Assembly: GCA_029717555.1 (NCBI GenBank)
Contig: JAMDHS010000098.1
Coordinates: 1 to 64,000, forward strand
DNA from: Peribolospora baueri
Taxonomy: Eukaryota
Direction of reading: 5' to 3'
DNA: 64,000 nucleotides
Part shown: positions 26,249 to 37,550 of the stretch, piece after piece
Numbering within the stretch: position 1 is the first letter of the stretch
Layout of the letters: each line of letters opens with the position of its first letter
The notes under the pieces: generated by a model
Seen by the model: the letters and a program-made list of their open reading frames with translations, nothing else
Database searches by the model: none
Told to the model about the DNA's origin: nothing
Position numbers and translations under genes: made by a program

Positions 26249-29244
26249 ATGGATGGCAAGGAGGGAGCCACCAAGTCTGCTCCCTCTCCGTCCCAGCGTG
26301 ACGTCCTCGTCCCTGGTGCCGATGGCGAGCCAGGGGCGGCAGCAGTTACGACGGACCCGCACGCCCTTAACTCGCGATCACCTTGGTACCGCGTTCAGTC
26401 GCTGCTCGACTCCACCGCCGCCAGCGGACTCGTTTCCAACGACAGGCGGGCGCTCATTCAGGACTATCTGAGTGAGTTAAGAGCGCGCTCGGCGCTCCCC
26501 TCGCGCTCCCGATCTGTGCCTCGCTGATGGTCCGTGACACCCCTTTGCTCGCAAACAGAGCGCCTTGAGACGTGGTTCTTACCTCTCTCCTCTTCAGCTT
26601 CCACCCGTTTCACCCATGGCCAAGCGGACGATGGCGAATACGGACGCGCACCTCAGGCCGAGACGCCCGAGTCTGCCGTCTCGACGCCGCTCTGGGAGAG
26701 GACGTCGTTCATGCCCAGCTCGGCCCTCCTCCGCGCCAAGGGCGCCCATCTCCTACGGCCCCTTCCGCTCTCTCCCGAGCACAAGGCCCTCTGTCATAAA
26801 GGTCTAATCTGGTTGTTCGGAGAAGGACAAGGCGATGAGGAAGGGGTGTGGAATACCGCGTCGCTGGACGATGAAGGGCTGAACGTGGACCTGGCGGAGG
26901 AGGAACTATGGTCGTCGCTAGGTGTGGCGAGCGCGGGCAGGTCTGGAGAACATGCTCAGGGAGGCAACGACCAGGGGAGCAACCAAGCCAGGGCCGACTC
27001 CTCCAGCGATGCCCTGTCCGCATCACGGTCAGTGGCTGAACGGGCGGAAAGCGCCGCCTCCCACTCGCGACCCGTGTCGTCCTCTTCCCTCACCCCTCCC
27101 GCGCCACTTACGCCTAGCGACCTGAAGGCGCACTCGCTGTCTAACCACCGCCTTAACACCTCCTTCCCGCGTACCTCCCTCTTCCTCGGCATCTTTTCCC
27201 CTGCCTTTCTCATGTCCATCCTCTCCCACTACAAAGTCCTCTCCACCCTGGCCGAGCGAGGCTACAACCCGGAGACGCTTCAGGTCCTCGTGGACACGCG
27301 AGATCCGTTCCAGCATCACCTCCGCATCACCTCCTCCCTCCTCTTTGCTTCCGACATCCATCCGCCCATCAAACAGGGCAGGGCCTTTCTCGGCGATCTC
27401 TATATGCGCCGCATCCCCTCCTTCGGTCTCTCGAACCTAAGGGCTTACCAACTCGTGTGCAGACTCGAGTCGGCCGCGTCCAGCTCCAGTTCAAGTGACG
27501 TCGACGGTGACGGCCACGGTGATGCGTGGACGACGCTGGGAGAGGGCCGCCCTCGGCATTTTGGCGCAGGCCGCAATGATTCGCAACGAGGGGACGATGG
27601 AGGCCTTGGCTTGCGCGACGTCAAGGCATGGTTCGAGAAGAAGGTCGCCGGGGCGATGAAGAGGCGCAAGTCGGATAGTAGCGGCGGACTCGGTGGGAAA
27701 TGGCGAGCGTGGTCGTTTGGTGGCGGTTTGCGATCTGAGGCTGGGGGAGAGGGAGGCGGACGTGATGGAGCTGGTGGAGAAGGATCCGAGCCGTACATCG
27801 AGGTGTTCATGATCGACTGGATGCAGATGCAGGTGAGGCCATCGCAGTTTACGCGGGATGAGGTGGCCGTGTTAAAGGAAATCTGCCAGAAGCGACGCTC
27901 ACGAGCTTTGCTCTTGTCTCTCCATGATACGTGTCTTTTCACGGGCGTCGGTTACAGAACCCTCTCGCCAAGTGGGACGAGGCGCTCTCCTCCTCATCTC
28001 AAGCCGAAGCCGGAAGCGCCAACGTGGACCCAGACACTGCAGGAGCCGGCAGAGGGATGGCCCCGTCTTTACAGACGCAGACGCGCGCCGATGGGAATGG
28101 CCAAGGCAAGGCAGACTACAACCTACGGCTGCCCGGTCAGGGTGAGTCGCGATAAAGGAAACGGAGATGGGACGTCGGTCGAGAGAAGCGCCAGGCGACT
28201 CACCCAGCTACCATTCGTTTCGTCCCCTTATATGCACATCGGCCGAATCGGTTTCGATCACGCGAAAAGACTACCCTGGACTGAGGTGTGGCAAACTGGT
28301 CAACAGGATGCTCTGCGACCTCGCAGATAAGGGCTGTAAGTGTGTTTTGTTTTTACGTCTCGTCGACTTCAGTTGAACTTGTCGGGGCGTCGGTATCATT
28401 GGAACAGTACGCTGAGATTTGTTTATCTTCCACACCGCACATATCGCACCCATGCCCGTATTTGTCCCTGTGCTTCACTGTTTGTACATCCCGCAGCCAA
28501 ATGCGACATGCTCGCCAACGTGCCTTCCTGCTGGCACAACGCGCTGTTTTACTCCCGAGAGCCCAGCAGACAATACCGCTTCCTTTCGCCAGCTTTCCAA
28601 GTGAGCGCCTCGAGATTGTTCGCTCTCGCCCGCTTCTTTTGCATTTCGTTTCAGTGCAGCGCGTGGTCGTGATCCACCCTGGACATGGGCGGTCGATCGC
28701 AGAGTACGAAGACGGGGGCTCAAATCTTTTTTCCCTTCTCCCCGCGTCCCAGGCTTACTTCGACTGGACGCTCCTCCAACTGGCACCCGCCATCTCTACG
28801 CACGGCCTCGCCTTTGTGGCGCACGCCTGGGCGAACGGGCATGTCAAGCGGGTCTTCCGGCGCCCCTCATCGTCGCGCTCGCCGTCAGCAGAAGACGTCA
28901 TCACCGTCACCGAACCGTGGGCAGCCGAAGAACAAGTCTACGCCTCCTCGGACCGTATCCGCAACCTTCTCTGGGGCCCGGCGTACCGCGCAATGTACGA
29001 CCGCTTCCTGAGGGCGTACAAAGAGGACGGCGGGGCGAGGTGGTACGACCTGCCGCATATGGGCTCTTTGGGCCCTTCCGCCGCAGCCGCTGGCGGGTCT
29101 GATGACGCTCGGTGGACGGCTTCGCTCAAAATTGATACGGAAGGGTCGAAGGAGATCTGGGCGGTCTCCAGCGTGCTTAGGCACAAGATACGCGAGTCGG
29201 AAGCGCACGGGAAAGAGGAAGAGAAAGGGTCGGTGGAAAGGTGA
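26249..29244 (+). CDS. Uncharacterised multi-exon protein, resembling a bacterial domain associated with AcuC/HDAC-type deacetylases
   Basis: In-frame splicing (introns about 26472-26558, 27832-27957, 28142-28269, 28336-28496, 28601-28752) gives FLGIFSPAFLMSILSHYKVL, LVDTRDPFQHHLRI, IDWMQMQNPLAKW, RLPGQDYPGL, NVPSCWHNALFY, YRFLSPAFQAYF, WAAEEQVY. TATA-like TATATATA at about 26155. Confidence 0.8.
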
Positions 29245-29475
29245 CGGGTGCCAGGCGAACTGAACGGTCGTTGTCGGCTTGCTAGATGAATCTCGCTGCT
29301 ATCGAGTCGCCTCGCTGCCTCTTCATCGCATCGTCCCACGCGATGGATGGCACCTATGTTTAGCTTAGTTTCGGTCGTACCCTCTCTCCAGGGGCTTCTT
29401 GTATCATTATAGGTCATGTCTGTGATTCTTAGATATCTGCTGCGCATAATCGCACTGAGGTGGTCTAATGCATCG

Positions 29476-31385
29476 TCAATCCTCCTCCACCTCCTCCTCC
29501 TCTTCTTCCTCTTCTTCCTCTTCCTCTTCTTCTTCTTCTTCTTCCTCTTCCTCTTCCTCTTCCTCTTCCTCTTCCTCTTCCTCCTCGTCACTTCGGATTT
29601 CCGCCAATCCGCCTTCCGCCTCCTCCTCTCCATCTTCTCCCTCCTCTTCGCTCTCTCGCGTCTCGCAACCGTCCGTGACGACTTGCCGATCCGGGAGGGC
29701 GCGAGCCAAGGCGGAAGAGCTGTCGCCGGCGACGACGCTGACGCAAGTGAGTCGGGAGCCCTTGGTGTCCTGTCGGACGACCGGGAGGATCTTCGTCGGA
29801 CCGGATGACGAGGGAGATTGGGGAGCGAAAACGTGACCGAGGTCGTACACATGGACGCTGCCTTCTGAAGAGACGCTCGAGGCGAGCGTGGTCGTCGGGA
29901 GGCGGGTGGACGTCGTCGCATTTGCTATCACGGGGACGCTGACGGCGGTGGTCTCGATCTGCTTGACGCTGTGTAACCCCGCCAATGGGCGACGAGGCAC
30001 TTTTCAGGTACTTCTTCTCTTGCGACAGCTTTCTTCGTCACACTGACGGCACTCACCGATTGCCATGCCCAACGAGCTCGGCCACCAATGCCATCTCTCC
30101 GCCGTCGTCCAGGTCAAACACCTTGGTCGTCTTGTCCTCGCAGCAGACGAGCAAAACCTCGTGCTCCACGGTCATGTCATCCATGGGAAGAGGGACGGGG
30201 AGGCGCACGAAGCGGACGTCATGAACGCGCGACCGGAGTGGGAACTCGTGCAAGAGTTTCATGTCCTGTTGTTCAAAGAAGGGAGGGAAAAACCCAGTCG
30301 TCAGTATAGTGAGGAGATCAGACGCTAAATGCACAAGGAAGAGACTAACCATGCCGTAGAGGGAGACGGTGTGCAAGCTCGCGACGGCAAAGCGCGTACC
30401 GATGGTGTCCCATCGAATGACCTCGCCCTCTGGATCGTTCCCACGCAGACTCGTGAACAAAGAAAAACGGCATAAAACAAGAAAAAACACGCCAACGGAG
30501 GGAACGAGGCTCACCCCTGCCGATCTTGGTGCTGGCAGCTCCCTTCCCCCTCATCAGATCCCACATCCGAATCGTTCTGTCCCTCCCCACGCTCAGTGCC
30601 ACCTTTCCCGTAGGATGCACGGCGGCAGAATTTACGCGACCGGCGTGGCCCTTGAGGGTCCTGAGGAGCGCCCAGTCTCGCGTTCGGAAGAGGCAGAGAG
30701 TGCCATCGTCGGAGGTGGAAATTAGGTGGGTGCGGAGAGGGAAGGAGAGGGAGGTGATCGTGCCTGAAAGAGGGAGGGAGAGAGAGAGAGGGTATAAAAC
30801 GAAATTATCGCGTCGGCCCGCCGCTACCAAAGGTTGCCATCGTGACGATACGGGGACGACGTCAAGCGAACCGCCTCGCGCGTCGCACTCACCAGCATGA
30901 CCCGCCAAAGTGCCCACCTCCTTCTTCTTGCGAATGTCCCAAACCTTGATAGTCTCGTCCGTGCTGCCCGTGGCAAGCCACTTGCTGTTTCCTCCTGCGC
31001 ACGCCACCGCCCTGATACAGCTGACGTGGGCGGGGAAGATGAAGATGGGTTTGAGGGCGACGGAGAATGAGGAGGGGGCGAGGGGCAAGTCGGACTTGGC
31101 GGCGTCTGCGCTACCTTCTTCATCCTCTTCGTCATCTTCGGGGCTTCCTCGCCTGTCTGTGACCGTAGGTACGGGCTCGAGACGGCCCTGCCATCCAAAG
31201 AGAACACGCTCGTACGAGCCTGCGACGATACGAAAGGTCGTTGGTGGAGGCGGCGGCAAGGCAGGCGCAGCGTTCGCGGTGATGGCCGCGGACGTGTCAG
31301 CGTCCCCTCGCGTTCGTTTCTCCTCTTTCACGGGGACATTCCTTTCCTTGTCCTGCCCGCGCTTTCGTTTTTGCTGGACACCCAT
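29476..31385 (-). CDS. MAK11: WD40 60S ribosome biogenesis factor Mak11/PAK1IP1
   Basis: FRIVAGSYERVLFG, PIFIFPAHVSCIRAVA, WLATGSTDETIKVWD, LKGHAGRVNSAAVHPTGKVALSVGRDRTIRMWDLMRGK, LVGHGNRVK, GSRLTCV. Acidic tail. Confidence 0.92.
29480..29590 (-). repeat. GAG/GAA trinucleotide repeat encoding the poly-Glu tail of Mak11
   Basis: Direct reading; more than 30 consecutive Glu codons. Confidence 0.85.
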
Positions 31386-31611
31386 GGTCGAAGGCGCTGT
31401 GGTGATAGGACGTGTGTGGGCGAGATACTACGGCGTTGTGAGCACGAAGAACCGGCGAGGCACTTTTCTGTTGACTGCGGCCGTTTCGATCGGCTGCGAC
31501 CACCTGGCGATCGCGCCTAACTGCGCCTGTATCCGGCCCGACCCTACGCATCGTCGTCCCTTCAGTACCTTCCCTCCACCGTCCTCACTCATCCATCCTC
31601 GGCTTCCTCTC

Positions 31612-31751
31612 AGAGAACTAACTCGTCGTAGCTTGGTAGCAACCCTCGGGAGAGTGGGTTTCGTGCTCCTAGGATCCCTCTCAGGAAGGTTCTTGGTTTC
31701 CTGGCTCCAAGCCCACGCATCTTTGGCCCTCCGATAGCACCAGCGTTCTCT
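31612..31751. ncRNA. Candidate structured non-coding RNA (nested long hairpin), family unknown
   Basis: Nested helices: AGAGAAC/GTTCTCT, GCTTGGTAGC/GCACCAGC, TCGGGAG/CTCCGA, GTGGGTTT/AAGCCCAC, and an inner CAGGAA/TTCCTG. No ATG on the + strand. Confidence 0.25.
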
Positions 31752-32844
31752 CGCTCGCCTTCCGCCGCCTTCCTACGCCCGCCTGCCCTGGCGACTTAAT
31801 TGCTTCATGTCATTTTGCGATTGATCAGCAACCATAGGTTTATGACCCACTATCTCTAATCCTTACTTACTTACGTACGCAGTAGTAAGAGTGCACCTAC
31901 ATCTGTCCACAGGTAGTTTTCGTTCTGTCGGCCCGTATCGACTCTTCGACGGCATTCATCCCTCGATTCTTTTCGTCTGGTGAACCCAAATGTCACCAGG
32001 AGTGCTGCACCGGCTACCTGACCTGCATGTTGCTATCCTGCCCACAACAAACACGGACAGCTCTTTCGCGTAGACATGCCCGCTCTCCGAATTAAAGCAA
32101 CCACGTCTAAGCACGGGCTGCTGTAACGGCCCTTGGTTCCAACTAAACATCTCTTCTGACTCTTCTGTCGGATTGTATGTCGGCTATCTGTTTTCATGAA
32201 CGGCGATGAGCGAAGAAACGAACGGAAAGGTGACCAACCTATTCGGGCACGCACGGTGAGCATCGGTCGCAGGGCGACACGCGATGCGCGGAATGGGTGG
32301 AAATAGAGGCAGGATGGCGAGAAAGTGGAGGCAATCTTCGTACGCAGAAGAGAAAAGGACGGTCGAAACTTGACACTTGCACTTGAAAGCGCAGTAGAGG
32401 TCATCGTTCTCTCGCCGCACTCTCCAAAACGAGTGGTCGCGCGGGTGCCCCCGCCGGCGTGTGAGCAGCCCCCGCCTCGTCTAGCTCCGCCTAGCTCCAT
32501 CTCTGACTGATCCTCCGAATGCCTCCCACCTGTCGCTTGCCTATGTCTGTCATCGACGAGGCAGAGCGCTCTGGATGGCCTTGTGTATAAGAACAGCGTT
32601 GGCCACTTTCTGAGTGACTGCGATGGCGGAAACCTGCAGCGGCGTCTATCCGGGTTCACCGGCACACGTACTTCCGTCGCCCGCTCTCGCACAAGCTTGT
32701 GACAGAGCGGAGGCCCACATGCCCTGGCCAACCGCCGGTTGCCGCAGCCGTGTCATTGGCCGTCCCGACCCTTTCCTTTTGCCCGTTCCGGTCTGGCCCG
32801 GTAGGAGCCGCGGTGACGGTTATTCCGGGGTGGACGGTGGATCA

Positions 32845-32850
32845 TATATA
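32845..32850 (+). promoter_or_regulatory. Putative TATA box of PCK1
   Basis: TATATA followed by a CT-rich leader and a 5' UTR intron (CAG|GTGAGC at 32968 to ACCAG at about 33333). Confidence 0.45.
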
Positions 32851-33173
32851 GAGCGACCTCAGGAGGGAAGGGAAGGGCTGGAAAGACGCTTCCACCACCA
32901 CCACTCAGTCTCTTCTCCTCTTTCTTCTTGCTCGCTCTGCGCTCGTCCCACGTCCCAAGTACTCAGGTGAGCACCGTTTTGCCTCGTCTTTCGCTCGATC
33001 TCCCCGCCGTCCCCACCCGGCTGGCTACCCCGCACCGCCCGCTGCGGCTGATCGCTGTCCGTCGTCTGGGGATGGCCACTCGCGTGACGGGCGGCGCGAG
33101 GTGGGAGGGATGGCCGTGTGCAAGGTGGTTGTGATCGTACACAGCGCCCAATCGTATCCGAGACACCTCGTTT

Positions 33174-33258
33174 CATGTCGTCTCATGTCATGTCATGTCG
33201 TGTCGTGTCGTGTCATGTCATGTCGTGTCGTGTCGTGTCATGTCCATGTCCATGTCCA
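33174..33258. repeat. (TCATG/TCGTG)n and (TCCATG)n microsatellite in the putative PCK1 5' UTR intron
   Basis: Direct reading. Confidence 0.8.
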
Positions 33259-33406
33259 TTCTCGTCCCACTCCTCTCTGTTTGATCCATGACGGCTGACT
33301 GACCGACTCGGGCTCGGTGAATCACCCAACCAGCTCGTCTTGCTTTCATATCCAAGCTCAACTTACGCCCGCCGCTCCACACGCACCCTTCTTCACCTCG
33401 GCAACC

Positions 33407-36294
33407 ATGGGTCTCACGTACGTCTCCGCGCTCTCCCTTTTGTTCCCCCGTCTCCTCCCTCCTTCCCGCTCCTTTCCTCCCTTCCCTTCTTGCTCATCCA
33501 TCTCCTTCCCCCGTCCCCTCCTTCCCCGCCACCCCGCCCTCCCTTCCCGTTCCCTTCCCCGTCTTTTCTTCTCTTCCGGCGAACGCTACCCGGACCATCC
33601 TCACTGCTTTTCTCCTCTTCGTCCCCGCACTCCTAGGTTCCAAGCTCACCATGAGGACGCTCACTACAAGCTGCTCGGGAAGGATCTCGAGATGTTCTCC
33701 CAAGCTGGCTTCGACATGGAACATGTCAAGCTGAAGCGCAACGCCCCTGGTGAGTAACCTTCGTCCGCAGCCATTTTACGCTCCTCCCTGCTACCGGACC
33801 ATGCCCGGAGCTGCCGCTTTGGGACAAACATTGATTTCTTTGTATTATTTCCTTCTTGCTCATTACCCAAAACTCTCCACAGTCGCCCAGCTTTACGAAG
33901 ACGCGATCAAGAACGAAGGCTCCGTCATCTCCTCCTCCGGCGCTTTGATCAACTTCTCCGGAAAGAAGACCGGTCGTAGCCCCAAGGACAAGCGCATCGT
34001 TTATGAGGAGACTAGCAAGGACGACGTTTGGGTGCGTGCGAGCGTGCGAGGTCGTGGGGCTATGCCGCTATCAGTTGTCCCCAAGTTGAGGCTGTCGAGA
34101 TACTAAGCCGCTTCTTTCCCTCTCCTTCCCCCGTCCCTTTCCGATCTTCAGTGGGGTCCTGGTGAGTTGAATCTGGCTGTCGCCAATGCGACGACCGCCC
34201 GGAAACCGAATGGCTGACCCAAACCATCTCCCATGTACTCGCACCTTCCGATGACCGCCCTTTTATGGTGATCAGTTAACATTAAGAGTACGTGTCTCGT
34301 CCTCCAACCCGGATCTCGAGCAAATGCTCCTCTCCTCCCAGTTCTCCTCTGACACCGTCATCTCTCCCCACAACAGTGGACGAGCACACTTTCGAAATTA
34401 ACCGCGAGAGGGCGATCGACTACTTGAACACTCGAGAGTGAGTCCTTCTCCATCGTCCTCACCCCTTTCGCTCCGCAGCGCAAGGACGATCGGGCGCTGA
34501 CGGTATGTGTGCTCGTCCTTTATGTTTCCCAGGCAAATCTATGTCGTCGACGCCTTTGCCGGCTGGGATCCCAAGTACCGCATCAAGGTCCGCGTCATCT
34601 GTGCCCGTGCTTACCACGCCATGTTCATGCACTCCGTGCGTTACCGTCCTACTCCATCTCAACGGTCCTGTGCCTCAGCGTTTGCGCCGACTGACGCTTG
34701 ACCACTCCTCCGTTTTCCCTTCCAGATGCTTATCCGCCCCACTCAGGAAGAATTGGACAACTTCGGCGAACCCGACTTCATCATCTACAATGCCGGCCAG
34801 TTCCCAGCAAACCGCTTCACCTCGGGCATGACGAGCACGACGAGCGTCGAGCTTAACTTCAAGCGTTGCGAGATGGTCATCCTCGGCACGGAATATGCGG
34901 GCGAGATGAAGAAGGGTATCTTCTCCGTCATGGTGAGCACTTCGATCCGTCCTCCCTCTCTTTTTTCACGGTCTTCCGCGCGCCACCTTAATTTCCCCGC
35001 ATGCACGGTTCGAACCTCGCACGCATAAACCGTTCTCACGCTCGCACCTTCCCTTTCCCCGCACCCGACCCTTATACGGACAGCACTACATGATGCCCGT
35101 CAAGTACGGACAGCTCTCCCTGCACTCTTCTTGCAATGAGGGCCCCAACGGCGACGTGACGCTCTTCTTCGGACTCTCCGGTACCGGCAAGACCACCCTT
35201 TCCGCCGACCCGCACCGCGCGCTCATCGGCGACGACGAGCACGTTTGGTCCGACGAGGGCGTCTTCAACATTGAGGGTGGCTGCTACGCCAAGTGCATTG
35301 GCCTCAGCAAGGAGAAGGAGCCCGAAATTTACAACGCCATCCGCTTCGGTTCCATCCTGTGAGTGCACGGTCCCGCTCGCGCAGGTCGTCCGAAGCCTCG
35401 ATCGTCGTTTGGCTTACCCATCTTCTTCCTTTGCCCTCCATTCCCATGCCGCCGGTCGTGCTTTTGCAGCGAAAACGTTGTCTACGACACGGGCAACCGT
35501 CTGGCTGACTACGATGACGCCTCGCTCACGGAGAACACCCGATGCGCCTACCCGATCAACTTCATCCCCAACGCCAAGATCCCGTGCATCAGCTCCGGCC
35601 CTCCGTCGAACATCATCATGCTCACCTGCGACGCTTACGGCGTCCTCCCGCCCGTCTCTAGGCTCAGCCCCGAGCAGGCGCAGTACCACTTCATCGCCGG
35701 CTACACTAGCAAGACGCCCGGAACGGAGGACGGCGTGGTGGAGCCGAGCCCCACCTTCTCCACCTGCTACGGCCAGCCGTTCATCATCCTCCACCCGTCC
35801 AAGTACGCCAAGATGCTCGCCGAGCGCATGGAGAAGGCCAATGCCAACTGCTGGCTCGTCAACACGGGCTGGACCGGAGGCAAGGTGAGCGAGCGAGCGA
35901 GCATTCGCCCGTCGAACCGCACCGCACCGCGCCGCACCGGTCCGATTGCTGACGCTACGCCCTTTTCTTTTGTCGTTCCGCTTTGTCACACGATCCACAC
36001 CAGTTCGGCACCGGTAAGCGTTGCCCGCTCAAGTACACCCGCGCGATCATCGACGCCATCCACGACGGCTCTCTGGCCAAGGCAGAGTACGAGGACTTCC
36101 CGATCTTCAACCTGCACATCCCCAAGCAAGTGCCCGGCGTGCCCTCCGAGCTCCTCGACCCGACGAGGGCCTGGCCCACCAAGGAGGGTTTCGACGTCGA
36201 GGTGAAGAAGCTGGCGGGCATGTTCAAGGAGGCGTTCAAGAAGTACGAGAGCGACGTGTCGCCCGAGGTCAGGGCCGCCGGCCCTCAGATCTGA
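33407..36294 (+). CDS. PCK1: Phosphoenolpyruvate carboxykinase (ATP)
   Basis: [107 protein letters not shown]. Many introns. Confidence 0.97.
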
Positions 36295-36833
36295 ATAGAT
36301 TGTTGATTTGAGGTGACGGCCTCGGCGCGACGCGATCTTGGCGATCATCGTCGTCCTTGTCGTCCTCGTCCTTGTCGTCATCGCTGAGCGGACTATTCCC
36401 TTCCACGACTAATCCGACTACCTCACACCTCCTCGTCTATCTATCCATCCATCCATCTCCCTATCCCCCGCCGTTCGCGCCAACACTCTTGGTCGGATGT
36501 ACTGTACTTTATCTATCTACCCGCGCCCCATGAGATCAGAAGAGTCCGCTCCCATTCCCTTCACAATCTTCCCCGTCGCATCCGTCCTCAGATTTTTTTC
36601 CGCGTTGGTCTGTCCGTCCGTCTCTCCCTTCTCCCTTCTTGCCGGAAGACTGGAACAATCGACCTTTGCATCTCTTTTCTCTCCTTCTCGCCTTTTTATG
36701 CGAGTTGCGCTCGATCGTATGCTCACCGCCCCTCTTCCGTACCTCTTTCTCTCATGCGGCGGCGAGCAAGGGAAAACGCCGCTGGGAGAAAAAAAGAAAG
36801 GGAATAATAATTTGGCCACCAACTGCAAGTCGA

Positions 36834-37456
36834 CCTGTCTGTTAGCATACGGGTCCATACGTATACCTTTGCATAGTGCATAGCGATCTCCCTTTCCCGC
36901 TTGTCCCCAGCCAAAAATTGACTAATCCCAGCCAAAACACTGGTCTATATGTATACCAAACATACCCGCATATTGCATAGCACTGACACCGGTGCCGTCC
37001 TTACCAGTTATGCCCCCTTGGCATGCATAGTTAGGGTGAGGGTCACGTGCATCCTCGTGGTGTTGGAGATTGGCGGCGACGAGCACCGTGGTTACGCGGC
37101 TGAAAGCGGACATGCTACCTCCGCAATTTTCCTCTTTGTATGCTCTCTTAACAATAACGAATCAGTAACATCCACTTTCGTTCATCCAGCGTCAGTTCAA
37201 CGAGCAGCGTAAATAAACCGATCTTCGACAATTCTTTTCTGCACACGCTTCTTCTTGAACACGGTTGTGTTATGACGAGTACATTACTCTACAGTAAAGC
37301 TTCGAATTCATGTCTTGATGGACGCTATCGACTATGGCAAGGACTGTGGCAGCTGTGGCAACGACTGCGGCAACTATGCATAGACCACTCTGTATAGTCA
37401 CCCTCTCGCATACTGCATAGCCCTCGGGCAAACCAACATGTATGCTTATAGACAGG
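36834..37456. mobile_element. Probable non-autonomous DNA transposon (MITE-like), about 623 bp
   Basis: 17-bp terminal inverted repeats, 15/17 identical: CCTGTCTGTTAGCATAC (36834-36850) and GTATGCTTATAGACAGG (37440-37456). Six subterminal TGCATAG copies. Lower GC than the flanks and non-coding. Confidence 0.55.
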
Positions 37457-37550
37457 GTTGACTGTAACTACAGACACGACGCGGATTTACAAAACCCCCC
37501 TCGCCCTCCATTCGACTTGGACCCACCACCACCAAGGCCGACGACGACGC

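Noticed and set aside
28938..29921. 327-aa Arg/Lys-rich ORF and similar long overlapping or antisense ORFs (e.g. 13453-14445, 46352-47317, 50992-52179, 58207-59391)
   Set aside because: These are alternative-frame readings of GC-rich or repeat DNA with no recognisable domains.
31666..31676. TCCTAGGAT resembling U14 snoRNA domain B
   Set aside because: No adjacent box D (CTGA), no box C and no domain A.
37030..37043. TTAGGGTGAGGG, considered as a telomerase RNA template or interstitial telomere
   Set aside because: Only about 8 nt match the repeat, and it lies within the MITE-like element. No supporting structure was seen.
37330..37380. Short tandem GACTGTGGCAA-like units, considered as a CRISPR-like array
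   Set aside because: Eukaryotic context, units of about 9-12 nt and no spacers; this is a degenerate minisatellite.
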